Source: Rebecca billardiae RCC1528 (Eukaryota; Protista; Haptophyta). From it: 64,000 nucleotides of DNA. The stretch is taken from contig OZ251245.1 of assembly GCA_965240325.2 (NCBI GenBank), positions 744,001 to 808,000 of the forward strand. Reading direction: 5' to 3'. Below, in pieces: positions 22,617 through 34,796 of the stretch. The notes beneath the pieces are model-generated. The model worked only from the letters and a program-made list of their open reading frames with translations, was not told the origin of the DNA and ran no database searches. The first letter of the stretch is position 1. Each line of letters starts with the position of its first letter. The position numbers were made by a program, and so were the translations under genes.

Positions 22617-25600
22617 CGAAGCCGCCGCCGCCGCCGCTCGCGCGCGCGCCGCGCCGCGCGCCGCCGCCGCCGTCGGCGAGTGACAGCACGCAGCGCTCGC
22701 CCGGCGCGAGCACCTGCCACACGCCGCCCGCCGCGGTGCGGGCGTACAGCCGCGCGCCCGTCTCGTTGGCGAGCGCGTGACTCGGCGCGCGCGCGCGGCG
22801 AACCAGCAGCCCGGCGACCGGCGCGCCGGCCGCGCGCGCGCGCCTTTCCCCTTCGTGCGCCGCGCGGAGCGCCTGCGCTGCGCGGCTGAGGAGGGCGAGG
22901 AGCTCGGCGGACGCGATGAGGTTGAGGCGCGAGGCGGAGCGCAGCTCGACTGCCCAGCGCAGCGCGGCCGACGCCGCGCCGCCGCGCGGCGGCGCGGCCG
23001 GCGCGGTCGACGGAGCGGTCCGTTCGCCCGCCGCCAACTCCGCCGCGCTCCGCGCGCGCTCGCCTACAGCCGGCGGCGCCGCGGCCGGCGCCGCGGCGGC
23101 CAGTGCCGCGCCGCCCTCCGCCCCCTGCACAATCAGCTCGAACGGCCACGGCTCGGCGAGCGGCTCCCACACGGCGAGCGGCGCGTTGTGCGCGCGCACG
23201 CCCGCGCGCGCGGCGAGCGCCGCGGTGAACCGCACCTCCGCGCCGCCCGCGCACCCGTCGGCGGCCGCGTCGGCAGACGCGCCGCCGCCGCCGCCAGAGG
23301 CGCCGCCGCCGCCGCCGCAGCCGCCGCCGCCGCCGCCGCCGCCGCGGCCGCCAGAGGGCGCGGAGCGCAGCGATGCGCTGAGCAGGTCGACGCCGAGCTC
23401 GACGAGTGGCACGGCGCGCGTGGGCGACGAGTCGTCCACGAGGAGCAGACGCGCGCCCGAGGTCATCAGGTCCGCAGAGACGGCGAGCAGCGGCAGCATG
23501 CGCCCCGGCGGCGGCGGCAGGGACGGCGGCGACGGTTGCGCGGGCGACGGCGCATCGGACGGCCGCTCGGCGCCGCCGCCGCCGGAGGGCGCCGCGCCGG
23601 CCGGCGCGGCATCCTCCTCGGCGAGCGCGGCGGCGGCGGAGATCGCGATCTCGGAGAGCACCGAGAGCGTCGTGTACGACAGCCGCGCGCGCAGCTGGCT
23701 CGTCACGTGCGCGTGCACGAGCACACGCGGCACGCGAGGCGCGGACGGCCGCGCGGCCGCGCGCGGCGCGCGCGCGGCGCCCGCGGGGACGACGCCTGTG
23801 GCAGGCTGCTCCGCCGCGGCGGCGTGCGCGCTCTCGGCGAGCGCCGCGGCGGCGCTGGGCGCGGCGCCGTCCGCGCCGAGCCCCTCCTCCGCGCCCTCCG
23901 CCTCGGCCGGGTGCAGCGAGAGACTCGCCTCCATCCCCAGCGGCCGCAGCAGTTGAGCCGCCGGCTCCGGGGAACCAGGGGTAGTACCAGGGCCGTCGCC
24001 CGCCGCGGCCTCAGCCGCCGACGCTCCTTCCGACGCCTCGCCGTCGGCGCCGGCGCGCTCCGCGCTCGCGCGATCCAACCGGTGCGCCTCCGCCGCGGGC
24101 TCCGCCCACAGGTTCGCCCCGACCGAGCCCACGGCGACCCGCGCCGCGGCCTGCCCATCCGCCGCGGCGGAGAGTGCGAGGGAGAAGGCGGCGGCTCGCA
24201 GCACGAGGGTCGCGTGCGCGCCGCCGCCGCCGGCTGCCAACCCCGCGGCCGTCCCGCGCGCCGGCGCTCCGCCGCGCGCGCCACCTGCCTGCACCACGGC
24301 CTCCGCTGCGGGCACCGCGAGCCGCACGCCGCCGAAGAGGAGGTCGAGGTCGAGGCACGCCGCAGCCGCCGCACCCGGCTCGGGCGGCGCGGCCGAGGCG
24401 GCGGGCGCGGCCGCGCTCGCCGCCGCCGACACCGCCAACCCTGCCGGCGCCCGCGCGTCGCGGCGCGCCGACTGCGGTGACAGCGGCGGTGGCGCGGCGG
24501 CGGCGGTGGCCACGTCGAGCGCGGCCGACGCCTCGGCGAGCGCGCCGAGCAGCCGCCGGAGCGGGCCGACACGGAGTGTGCACTCGAGCGCGGGCGCGTG
24601 CACGCACGCGCGCACGCGCGGCGCGGCGCCCGCGAGATCGAGCGAGACGCGCGCCCGGAGCGCGGAGCTCGCCGCCGCCGCCGCCGTCGCGAGCGCGTCA
24701 GTTGCAGAGAGCCGGCGGGAGAGCCGGCGCCCGCCGGCGCGGCCGGCGGCGCTCCGCCGCCCGCGCCGCTCGACGTCGTCGCCCTCCGCGCCCGCCTCCT
24801 CCGCCGCGGCGGGCGCGCGCCCGCCCGCCGCGCCCGAGACGTCGGCGGCGGCCGGCGCCGCCGCGCCGCCGCCCACGAGCTGTGCGGGCGCGCACGTGCG
24901 CGCCAGAATCGACAAAGAGGCCGCGCCGTCGCCGCCCTCGGCCGCGGCGAACGTGACGAACGCCAGCCGCGCGCTCAGCTGCGCGCGGCTCCCGACAAGC
25001 GACGCGTCGAGATCGCAATCTCCCACGCGCACCGTCGACGCCGTGCCGCGGCCGTCCACCAGCGCGAGCTCGGTCGGAGCCAGCCGCAGCGACACGCGCG
25101 CGCGCGCCGACGGCGGCGGCCGCGCGTCTGCGAGCGCGGCCGCGGCCGCGTGCGCGCGCGCCTCTGCCGCGGCGCGCACCGCGGCGAGCGCGTCGTCAGC
25201 AGCCGCGTCGCGCGCGAGCGCGGCGCTCGCGCCGACCACCACCGCCATCAGCGCGCCGAGGCGCGCGGGCGAGATTGCAATCTCGAGGGTCTGTGCGAGT
25301 GGGGCGCCCGCCCCCGCCTCGTGCGCCGCCGGCTCGGCGCCGCCGCCAGGCGCGCCCGCGGCCGCGCCCGCCTCCCGCGCGCGCTCGGCGCCGCGAGGCT
25401 CCGCAGACGCCGCCGCGCCCGCCGCGCCGTCCGCGGCGGCCGGGCACCCCGACAGCGCCGCGTGCAGCTCCAGCTGCGGCAGCCGCGCCGTCGTCGCGAG
25501 CTCGCCCGGCACCGCGCACACGCTGGCGCGCACGCGCACGGCCAGCCCGGACACGAGCGCGGAGTCGGAGGCGGCGGCGGCGTGCGCGCCGTGCGGCTGC

Positions 25601-25816
25601 TGCGCGGCGCCAGGGGCGGTTGCGGCGCGCACGCCCAGCCGCGCGCGCTCGAGGCTGAGCTCAAACGAGTCGAAGAGCACGGACGCCGACGCCGACGCCC
25701 CGGACACCGACGCCGACGCGGCCGCGGCCGCGCCCGCGCCGGCAGCGGGCGGCGCGGCGGGCGGCGCGGCCGCGGCCGCGCGCCGCTCGCGCGCCGCGGC
25801 GCGTGCGCCTGGCCCT

Positions 25817-25847
<31 letters not shown>

Positions 25848-28425
25848 GCGCGAGATCGTCAATCTCGAGATGGTCGATCTCGACGGGCTGTATCTCGGGC
25901 GGTGTGTCGACACTCTGCAGCCGGAGCCAGCCGAGCTCGACGAGCAGCGCGGCGCAGCGCGCGTCGCGCTCATCGGCGGGGACCACGATGGAAGGCGCGC
26001 GCACGCGCGCCGAGAGCACAAGCCTTCCGTGCGCGCGCGCGGCGAGCGCGTCTGCGAGCGCGCGCGCGCGCCACTGCGCCGCCGAGTCGAGCCGCGCGCG
26101 CACGAGGGCGGCCATGGCCTCGTACTCCGCGTCCGGCACGCCGTCGGGCTGCGCAAACGCGGCGAGGGCGGAGGCGAGCGCGGGCGAGGCGACGATGCGC
26201 GTCGGGGCCACGACCGTCAGCCGCACGGAAGCGGCCGCGCGCGACGGGTCCGGCTTGGCGCCGCGCGCCGGCGGCGGGTGCGTCTCAGCCACGAGCTCCC
26301 ACGGCGCGGCGCCGCCCGCCGGCGCTGCTGGGCGCTGCGCAGCCGCCGCGCGGCGGGCGTCTGCGCTGCCACCGCCCGGCGCGCGCCGCCCGCGCCCGCC
26401 CGCCGTGTCGGGCTGCGGCGCCACCCCGCCTCCGCCGCCTGGCGCGCCCGCGGCCGCCTCGGCCGCGCTGGCCACAACCGATCGGAAGCTCGGCGCGACG
26501 CCCGCGCGCAAGTCCTCCAGGTCGAAGCTCTCCATCGCGGCGCGCGCGTGCGACGAGCCGTCCGCGCGCAGCCGCACGGCCGCGACGAGCGTCTGCACGC
26601 GCGCGCGCAGAAGCCGGCCGCCGCCCGGCGCCACGCCCGCACCCACGCTTACAGTCAGCGGCTCGGCTGCACCAAGCGTCAGATCGAGCGCGCCAATCTC
26701 CGCATCGAGGGCGGTGTGCGCGTACTGCGCGGGCGCGCCCGCGCCGCCGCCGCCGTCGGGCACCTCCACGCCCAGCCCCGGAAGGCGCTCGAGCTCGCGG
26801 CGCTGCAAGCGGCGCAGCGCGAGGGCGGGCGGCGCGCCCGCGGCGAGCGCAAGCGCCTGCGCGCGCACCGCGGCTTCCTCGGGTTCGGAGGCGTCGGAGT
26901 CAGAGCCGCCGTCGGTTGAGGCGCCGTCGGCGGCGGCGCCGCCGTCGGCGGAGCCGCCGCCGCCGCCGCCGCCGCCCCACCACCGCGCCAGCCGTGAGCC
27001 CCAGCCCTCGCCCGCGTGCCGCCCGTGCGCCCTCTCGCGCGCGCGCTCGGCGCGGCGCGCCGCCTCCATCGCCGCCTGTCGCCGCCACAGCGCCACATCC
27101 CACGGCGGCAGCTGCCGCCGCTCCAGAGCGTCAAGGCGGCGCGCCTCCGCGGCGGAGAGGGCGGAGGGCCCGCCCGCGCCGTCGGCGCGCGCGCGCAGCC
27201 GCGTGTACTCGAGCCGCAGCGCGCGCCGCGCCGAGACCGAGCCCGCGCTGAAGCCAACCTGCCAGCAGCGCAGCGCAGCGAACGCGCGCGGCGCGGCGCG
27301 CGCGAGAGCCGATTGCCACCACGCGCGGGCGGAGGCGCCGGCGCGCGGGCGCGCGCGCGGGCGCGCGCCCGGCGCGTCGGCGGTGCCCGCGCCGCCGCCC
27401 GCCGCGCCCGACGCCGACGCCGCCTCGCCGCTCAGCCGCGCCGCCGCCTCGAGCACCGTCAGATACTGGGGCCGGCTCAGCCGCACGTGCGCGCTCGGCA
27501 GATGCAGCCGCAGCGCGCGCGCGGGCTCGGCGCGCGCCGCGGCCTTTTGATCCAGGAGCAGCCTTGCCTCGGCGTAGGTTGGCAGCAGCGCCACGTGGCC
27601 GTCGTCGCCGAGCAGCTCGTGCAGCGCGCGCGAGCCCGCGGCGGCGGGCGCGCCGCGCGCGTGCGCCGCGATCCGCGCGCTCGCGCCCGCGCCCGCGCGC
27701 GCCGGCAGCACATATGCACACAGCCCGGCGATGAAAGCACGCTTCCGCTGCAGCGACGGGTCGGCGCCGAACGCGGGCTCCCAGCGCGCGTCCGCCGAGT
27801 GCACGCGCAGCTCGTCGATGACCAGGCCCATCGCCGCCGGCGCCGCCAGCTCGGCGGGCACCGCCGCACTCGGCGCGCGCGTCCCGGCGCCGCTGGATGC
27901 CGCCGCAGCGGCGCGCGCGTGCGTGGCCTCATAGCGCACATGCACGTCACGGACCGAGAGCTCGAGGTTGGCGGCGATCTTGCTCGCGAGCGAAGCGCGC
28001 GAGCCGTCGTCCTCCGGCGCGGCGTCGCCACGTGCCGCGCCGGCGGCGCCGATCTCGGCGAGCAGCTCGGCGGCGCACGCCTCAATCTGCGCCTGCTTGC
28101 GCGCCCACGCCCACGTGTCGCGCGCGGCGTCGTCCCACTCGCTCGCGTCGACGGGCGCGGCGACGACGTGCACGCCCTCGACGACCACGCGGATCGGCTC
28201 GGAGCCGAGGCGCGACCACGGCACGCGCAGCTCGATCCGCGCGACCGCGCCCGCGATCACGTCGACCGGCAGCCCGAGCGCGTACAGCGCCTCGGGGCGG
28301 ATCTCGAGCGTCTTGAGCTCGACGTGGCCCTCCCACACGCCGACGCGGAGCGAGTCGGAGTCGATCCCCTTCACGTACCGGCCCAGCACGCTGTCGAGCA
28401 CCGTCGCGAGCACGCCTTGCAGCAT
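17170..28425 (-). CDS. VPS13: VPS13-family bridge-like lipid transfer protein (~3750 aa)
   Basis: Chorein_N start (MLQGVLATVLDSVLGRYVKGIDSDSLRVGVWEGHVELKTL…RVPWSRLGSEPIRVVVEGV), a WEPLAEPW motif, and a C-terminal ATG2_C-like block (GSLELLGNPRGLL…GASDAFYEP…G…KPAVGVVD). Single uninterrupted ORF. Confidence 0.92.
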
Positions 28426-28679
28426 CAGGCCGGTGGGCTGTGCAGCGGCGGCGGCAGCGGCGGCGGCCGGCCCGGGCGTCGGCCGCTCGGTGGCAGTACT
28501 AGGCCCGAAGTTCCTCTTGTTTCGGCAACCCAAGCCTACACACGTCCTCCGCCACTCCGGGCGGCCCGGACTTTTTTGTTTTGTTCGGGCCAAACAGTTT
28601 CGGCAGCCCGTACGTTTGGTACGATCATCCGATAAGCAGATTCTGCTGAGATTCCGCTGATGCGCTGTGGCTGGCGCCC
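28426..28679. promoter_or_regulatory. Probable bidirectional promoter (VPS13 / K+ channel 2)
   Basis: 254-bp, lower-GC gap between divergent start codons. Confidence 0.5.
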
Positions 28680-29946
28680 ATGAAGCTCGCCGCGGCCGCG
28701 AGCGCCGTCGCCAGGGCGGCGCTGGACGAGGCGCACAAGTGGCACCGGTACGTGGCGGAGCTGGCCGTCTCAGGGCTCCTGCTTGCCCTCTTCATCCTCA
28801 CCGCCGCGCTCTACTACCCGTACGCCGAGGGCTGGAGCGTGCTTGATTCCATCTACTTTTGCCTCGCCGTGCTCACGACGAATGGGTATGGCGATCTGCA
28901 CCCGACCAGCGCGGGGGTGCGCGTGTTCACCGGGCTGTTTGCGCTCTTCGGCATGGTGGCCATCGTCTTTGCGCTCTTCCTCATCACCGACGCGATGATG
29001 CGCGCGGAGGAGGCGGCGGCGCGGCACATTGCGCGCGCGTCGCTGCGCCGGATCCGCCGCGTCGGCGCGCTCGTGCGCGAGCACAGCCGCAGCTCGCACT
29101 CGGCGCGGCGCCGGTCGAGCACGCTCAATGCCGACGTCACGAGTCCAGCAGCCCCGCCCGCCGCCCGCCCCGCGCCCGTCGGCGCCGCGCGCCGCCGCCC
29201 CGCGCCGCTGCTTCACGTCGAGGGTCCGTACGAGGCGGCCTGGCATGTGGCGAGGCTCGCGCTGCCCGTGCCCATAGCGATCGGCATCGGCATGGGCGTG
29301 TTCCAGTACGTGGAGGGGTGGAGCGCGGTCGACGCCTTCTACTGGGCGGTGAGCACCGTGACGGGCACCGGTGCGCGCGCGCACGCGCGCGGTGCACGCG
29401 CGCCGCGCGCCGCGCGCACGCGTGCGCCCGGCCGCGTCTCACCAAGGCGTGTGCACCGCCCCTCCCCGCATCGCAGGCATCGGCGACGTGGCCACGCGCT
29501 CCAAGCTTGGCCGCGCGATGGCGTGCGCGTACATCCCGTGTGCGTTCGGCGCCTCGGCCAAGGTTCTCAAGGACATCGCGCAGTTCGCCACCTCGCAGTG
29601 GATGGTGCGGCGGGTCGCGGACGCGCCGCAGATGCTCGGCCTGGGCGACGCCGCGGCCGCGGTGAGCAGCGGTGTGCACACCTCCGCCCAGGTGGAGGGC
29701 GGGCTGACGGAGGAGGGCTTCGTCGTGCTCGCGCTCACGCGGCTGTACGGCGTCGACCCCGAGGTGGTGCGCATGCTGCGCGACCAGTTCGACGCCCTCG
29801 ACCGCGCGGGCAGTCCGGGCGGCAAGCGGCACGGCGGCGTGCCGCTGGACGAGCTCTTCCTGGTCGCGCAGTCTCACGCCGAGCACGCGGACGGCCCGGA
29901 CGCCGGCGTGGCGCCGCACGCGGCGCCCAGAGAAGTGCGCGCGTAG
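28680..29946 (+). CDS. Two-pore (TPK/K2P-type) potassium channel, paralog 2; intron 29371-29476
   Basis: P1 DSIYFCLAVLTTNGYGD; P2 DAFYWAVSTVTGTG|IGD across a 106-bp GT-AG intron. C-terminus LTEEGFVVLALTRLYGVD…RDQFDALD is homologous to paralog 1. Confidence 0.88.
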
Positions 29947-30240
29947 CCCGCGCCGGCCCGGGCTGCTCCGCGAACTGGTCGTATGTATACGGTATTATGC
30001 TCCGTACGACCAGTTCGGAGCAGCATAATACTACCGCCCTTGGTTATATACCATATGACGGTGGCGGTAGGGTGTGAGCAGCGTAGCGAGCAGGCCGCCA
30101 TGCGAGCTGCGCAGCGGCAGCACTGAGCTTAGGTGCGGATCACGCTGCAAGTGCAGCAGTTCGGTGAACAAGACGCCAGGGCCGGCGCACAGCGGTTATC
30201 GCCCGAGGCTGGTCCGTCGGCCGTCGGGTATTATTCAATC

Positions 30241-32911
30241 CACAGTGCGCTAACCGGCACCGAAAGTTGAATTGGCAGAATCGGCCGATTCCGCGATCAG
30301 GGACGTTTTCGCGGAGGCCGGCCGCCATCGCTGGCGCAGCCATCCGCGCGCGAACACGCGCGCGCAGCGACGCCAGCCGCATGGCGTGCGCCAAGACGGG
30401 GGGCGGCTGAGTTCTGCATCACCTACGCTCGTTCGGGCTCGCGGGTCATGCCTCCCATCGCGGCCGCCTCCGTCCGCCTTTGACCAGAGTGCGCGTGCAG
30501 GTGCGCCAGCAGTCGGCGACATCGCCTCCCGCGCGCCGCGCCACACCGCGGCTGACGGGGGGGTCTAGGAGGGAATCGCAGAAAGTTACGTGGCTGAAAT
30601 TGTTCGGTGTACACGCATCATCAAAGGTAGCACAGCTGCGTTTCGCCGTTGACGAGCTGCACCCCCCCTCAATTCGCGGGCTCTCCGCGCTCGCTTCGCG
30701 AGCAGGAACATCTGAGATCCGCACGCGAACATGCGCGCGCAGAGACGCCAGCCGCATGGCGTGCGCCAAGACGGGGGGCGGCTGAGTTCTGCATCACCTA
30801 CGCTCGTTCGGGCTCGCGGGTCATGCCTCCCATCGCGGCCGCCTCCGTCCGCCTCTGACCGGAGTGCGCGTGCCGGGTGCTCGGCAGCCTGCGCGCGCAC
30901 CTTGCGCGCGCCGCGCCACACGGCGGCTGACAGCGGGGTCTAGGAGGGCATCGCAGAAAGTTACACGGCTGAAATTGTTCGCTGTACGCGCATGACCCAG
31001 TGCATCACAGCTGCGTTCCACCGTTCACGAGCTGCACCCCCTTGCATTCGCGGGCGCGCCGCGGCCGCGCTCGCGCAGGCGCATGGGATCCACGTGTTGG
31101 CTCGATCATCGGGATCAAGCGGGCTGCGCAGGCAGTGGGCTGGCGTACGAGCTCACTACACGCGCAGTGTCAGAATACGCTGCATCAGATGTGCCCCGTC
31201 GGCTGTGCTGCTGAGCATACGGCACACGACGGGCACTCGAGCAGTGTGGCTGGCGATGAGCCCGAGCATCCCAGCTGGCGTGCGAGTGGCTTACTGGGCG
31301 CAGCTGATGCACGAGCACCCTGCGTTGCACACCGAAGGTGCCAGAAGCACGCGTTCTTGCCATCCAGTCGTATCGTCCGGCCCCCATGCGCTCAAGGCGG
31401 GGGAGGAGATCTGCACGCGTACGCGCGCGCTGGAGATTCCCGAGGCCGCGCATCTGGGCGCTCGGGTTGCCTCCACAGGGGCACCTGAGCTTGACTCGAG
31501 GGCTGAGTGGAGCAGGCGACGAAACACGCACGACGAGTGGCCGGCGTGATTGTCTGGGGTCTCCTCGTGACGCGCTTGCACGTTTTCGGCGCATCACCAC
31601 TGTGCTGACTTTGCGGCGGCGCCCTGACCGCGCCCCGAGTGACCGTGTCATCGGCTGACCCGCTGACTGAATGCACCCGGTACGTCCGTACCAGGCGCAG
31701 CTGAGACTCGCGCAGAGTAGCGCGCGGCCTATGGCTATAGCCCGGTCGTAGCTTGCGCGTATAGGAGTAGCAGTTGTCGTCATGCGACCTGCTCGCCTGC
31801 TGCGCTAATAAAATTTGATGACTGGCCGACCGCGGACGAATAAACCGCCTGTATATGCGCACGCAGCACGGGATCGATTACAAATACAGCGACGCGGGCA
31901 GCGTGCCCGCGCGTCGACGGCACGGCCACTGCGGACCCGACGGCCATCAGTCCGAGCTCGCGCGTCGCGTCGGCGGACGGCTGGCTGGCGGATGAGTCGG
32001 CAGGCTTGGGGAGCCCGCGGGCGCGGCACGCCACGCTGATTGCATGCTGCTGTAGTTGCGCATCGCCTCTTCGTAGACGCGCTGCCTCACTCTCAGCTGA
32101 GCTCGGGCCGCCGGGTGCGACGACGGCTGGCGGGAGCCGCTGACAGTGACGTCATGACGACCGACCGCGAACTCCGACCTGGCTGACAGCAGCGCGAGCA
32201 GCGCAGCACGGCGCGGCGCGATGCGATCTGCGGCGCGGCACGCTGCCAGCGCCACTGGCGTGCGAGACCCCGCCCCGTCTCCGCAGCGCCGCGCTCACAT
32301 GTGACCACGACCTGCACAACACGGGCCGTGGTCAGAAAGCCGTCGCGCGCGCGTTCATTTACGCGGCAACTTGGTGCTGAGCGCCAGCCGAGAGGTAGTG
32401 GCGACGACGACAGCCACTCCAGGTCGATGTGCACCTGCGTCTGTGCCCGGGTGCCGCTGGGATGCGATTGAGGATGAGATTGCGGCAGCATGCCCTGATA
32501 TGAGCAGCGGTCAGTTTGGAGAGCGTGAGTCGTGCCAGCACGCGAGAGCAGACGTGCACGTTTCGAGCAGCCGAGCTGGACCATGAAAGTCAGCAATCCA
32601 GCGCGCATGCCGCGCACCCGAAAGAGCCGACCATCTCCGCATGCTCAGAGCAGCCGGCGGCGCGCTCGCAGAGTCGCTTCGGAGTCGCTTTGCGGCCGTC
32701 TCGGCGCGTGTCATGTGGAGCTGCTCTCGAGGCGAAGGAGGAGGAAGGCGTTGATCAGCGCCGCTGAAGACTAGGACTAGGCTCTCTCGCGAGGTCCGCC
32801 GCGCGGTCTACGCCGCCGATCACGGCCTCTTGAGGACGGTCGGCCAGCGCGCGCGTCGACAGCCATCGTGACGCCTCTCATTCAACTTTCGGCCCGTGTT
32901 AGCGCACTGTG
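30241..32911. mobile_element. Non-autonomous CMC-type element B with CACAGTG termini and TC duplication
   Basis: 32-bp bipartite TIR CACAGTGCGCTAAC-N5-CCGAAAGTTGAAT at 30241-30272 and 32880-32911. TC immediately before and after the element. Confidence 0.88.
30342..31091. repeat. Tandem duplication, 2 x ~375 bp, subterminal in element B
   Basis: CGCCAGCCGCATGGCGTGCGCCAAGACGGGGGGCGGCTGAGTTCTGCATC… occurs at 30371 and 30746. Confidence 0.9.
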
Positions 32912-32930
32912 TCACGACCGCGTACCGTGA

Positions 32931-32977
32931 ACAGTTTACTAAGAATAAGAGACGCACACAGCTCAGGCAGGCGAGAT
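32931..32977 (+). repeat. Dispersed repeat R1, copy 3
   Basis: 47 bp identical to 2821-2867. Confidence 0.85.
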
Positions 32978-34796
32978 AGTACGGTTAGCGGCTGAGTAAT
33001 TCCGCAACACGGGCAGTCGGCACCCCTGAATAATTAATAAATGCCTGATCGCCGACGGGCTGACTCGCGCGCGTGACAACTCAGTATCGGGCTATGAAGT
33101 GTCAGTCTTGAAGCGGGGACATATGCTCCACTGCTGTGCCCAAGGGCGAGTGTGCCGCGGCTGGCATGCCCCGAGCTATTCTACTATCAGAACGTCTCGC
33201 CGCGCCGATCGGCGTTCAGCGCTGACGGCACGGCTTGCCCGGGACGCGAGGCAAACGTGGCATTCGCGCCCACAAGGCACAACCGCGCCGGCGCGATTCA
33301 AGCTGCGCTCGTGCCGACCCACACTCAGTGCTTGAGTAGCTCACTGAGTACGTGCTCGCTCTTGTCGATGCGCGCTGGTGTCGTCGGCTCACGACACCAG
33401 CGCGCATCGTGAGCTCGACGCTCTTGTTTCTGAAGTCGTACAATCCCCTCGGTTGGTACAATACCCTGAACGATTCTTTGCGGTCGAACCTTCAAAGTCT
33501 GAGAACCGCAGCGGACGCCGGACTAAATATTCTTTGCGGTTCAGGGTGACTATGAAACAGCGGGGGCCTTGCGGCCTTGTCCCGGTGGGGCTGGTCGAAC
33601 ACAGCGCGTGTAGGACGCGACGGAGAAGCTTCCCAGGGCCAGCAGACCCGACGACGATGGGACGAGTTGGCCGTTCAGCGCTGACTACCCGTACCGGTAT
33701 CAACTATCATCCGGTGGCGCTCCGCACGGCGCGCGCGCGCGGTGCGGTGCCGCGGTTCTGCAAGGCCCATCGAGGCGCACGGCGAGGCGCGCGTCGATGC
33801 AGTCGTCGCTGCGCACGGCCGCTCGGGCACGACGGCACGGCAACGGCACGCACCGCGGATGGCCCACTGGCTGTAGGTGCGGGGCGAGCGGCGCAGGCCG
33901 GCAGGGCACAACTGGCGCGACTGCACGGCGTAGACTCCTGCTAAGCTGTCGCTGAGCACGGCCCGTCGGGCACGACATGGTACGAGCGGCTCGCGTCGGT
34001 GTGCATGTTGTTTCGTGCAGCTCGTGCCGGCGGGCACGCACCTCCGCAATGGCGCCGTGAGCCGCGCGCGGCGCGGGTGACGGCTCGACGGCCGCGCCTG
34101 TTGATGACGAGCCAGCGGGGCGAGTAGTAGTAGTAGTCGGGCACTAGTCGGCGAGCGGGTGGCTTATGGTAGGCTTGTGGTACGAGCTTCTCCATGAGGC
34201 CGTTCGTGCACGTCATCTGATGCGGTCGCGGCTGCTTGATCGCCGCCACGTGCCGCTGGATCTCCGCCAGATCGGCGCAGTTCCTCGCGACGCCGACGAT
34301 GGCATCCGGCGCTGGGTTGGCGGCGGAGGCCCGCGGAGCTGTTCCTCGGTCGCGCACGTGTGTGCGAGTCGAGCCACGCCGGCTGAGCGCCATTCTGCGT
34401 GTCGCGCGCGGCCTTCGCCTCCTGCAGCAGCGCGCTCGTTCGTCATACTCAATCGTGTGTGCCGAGCGCACGCGGCGCGGCGGCGAAAGCACTTGTGGGC
34501 CTTGTGCGTCGCGGTTCTGCTCGACTGGGGAGCGGATGGTCGAGAAAAGCGTCAACAAATAGGTGGGAATCGCAACGACATCCCTGTGGCGCGCGCTCAA
34601 AAAGGTAACGACATGCGTTCTCGATTCCCGAGGCGTGCCTAATCAAAAAACGTTTGAGGCCCCATTCTTCGTATTCCTACTCCGGTATTACTTTCCCCAG
34701 CAGTAGGTGACACACAATTAAAGGGGGTCGGAGCTGGGTCTCCCAGGGCTTTGTCACGAATTAAAATTGTTTAAAGCTGTGTTCACCAGAATTGTA

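Noticed and set aside
16898-28660. Many long antisense or alternate-frame ORFs (up to 1014 aa) over VPS13 and other genes
   Set aside because: Arg/Ala/Pro-rich shadow frames are expected at very high GC; they carry no motifs.
10933-32911. Calling the CACAGTG elements RAG/Transib transposons
   Set aside because: No RAG1/RAG2-like ORF, no 12/23 asymmetry or convincing nonamer, and the TSD is 2 bp rather than 5 bp.
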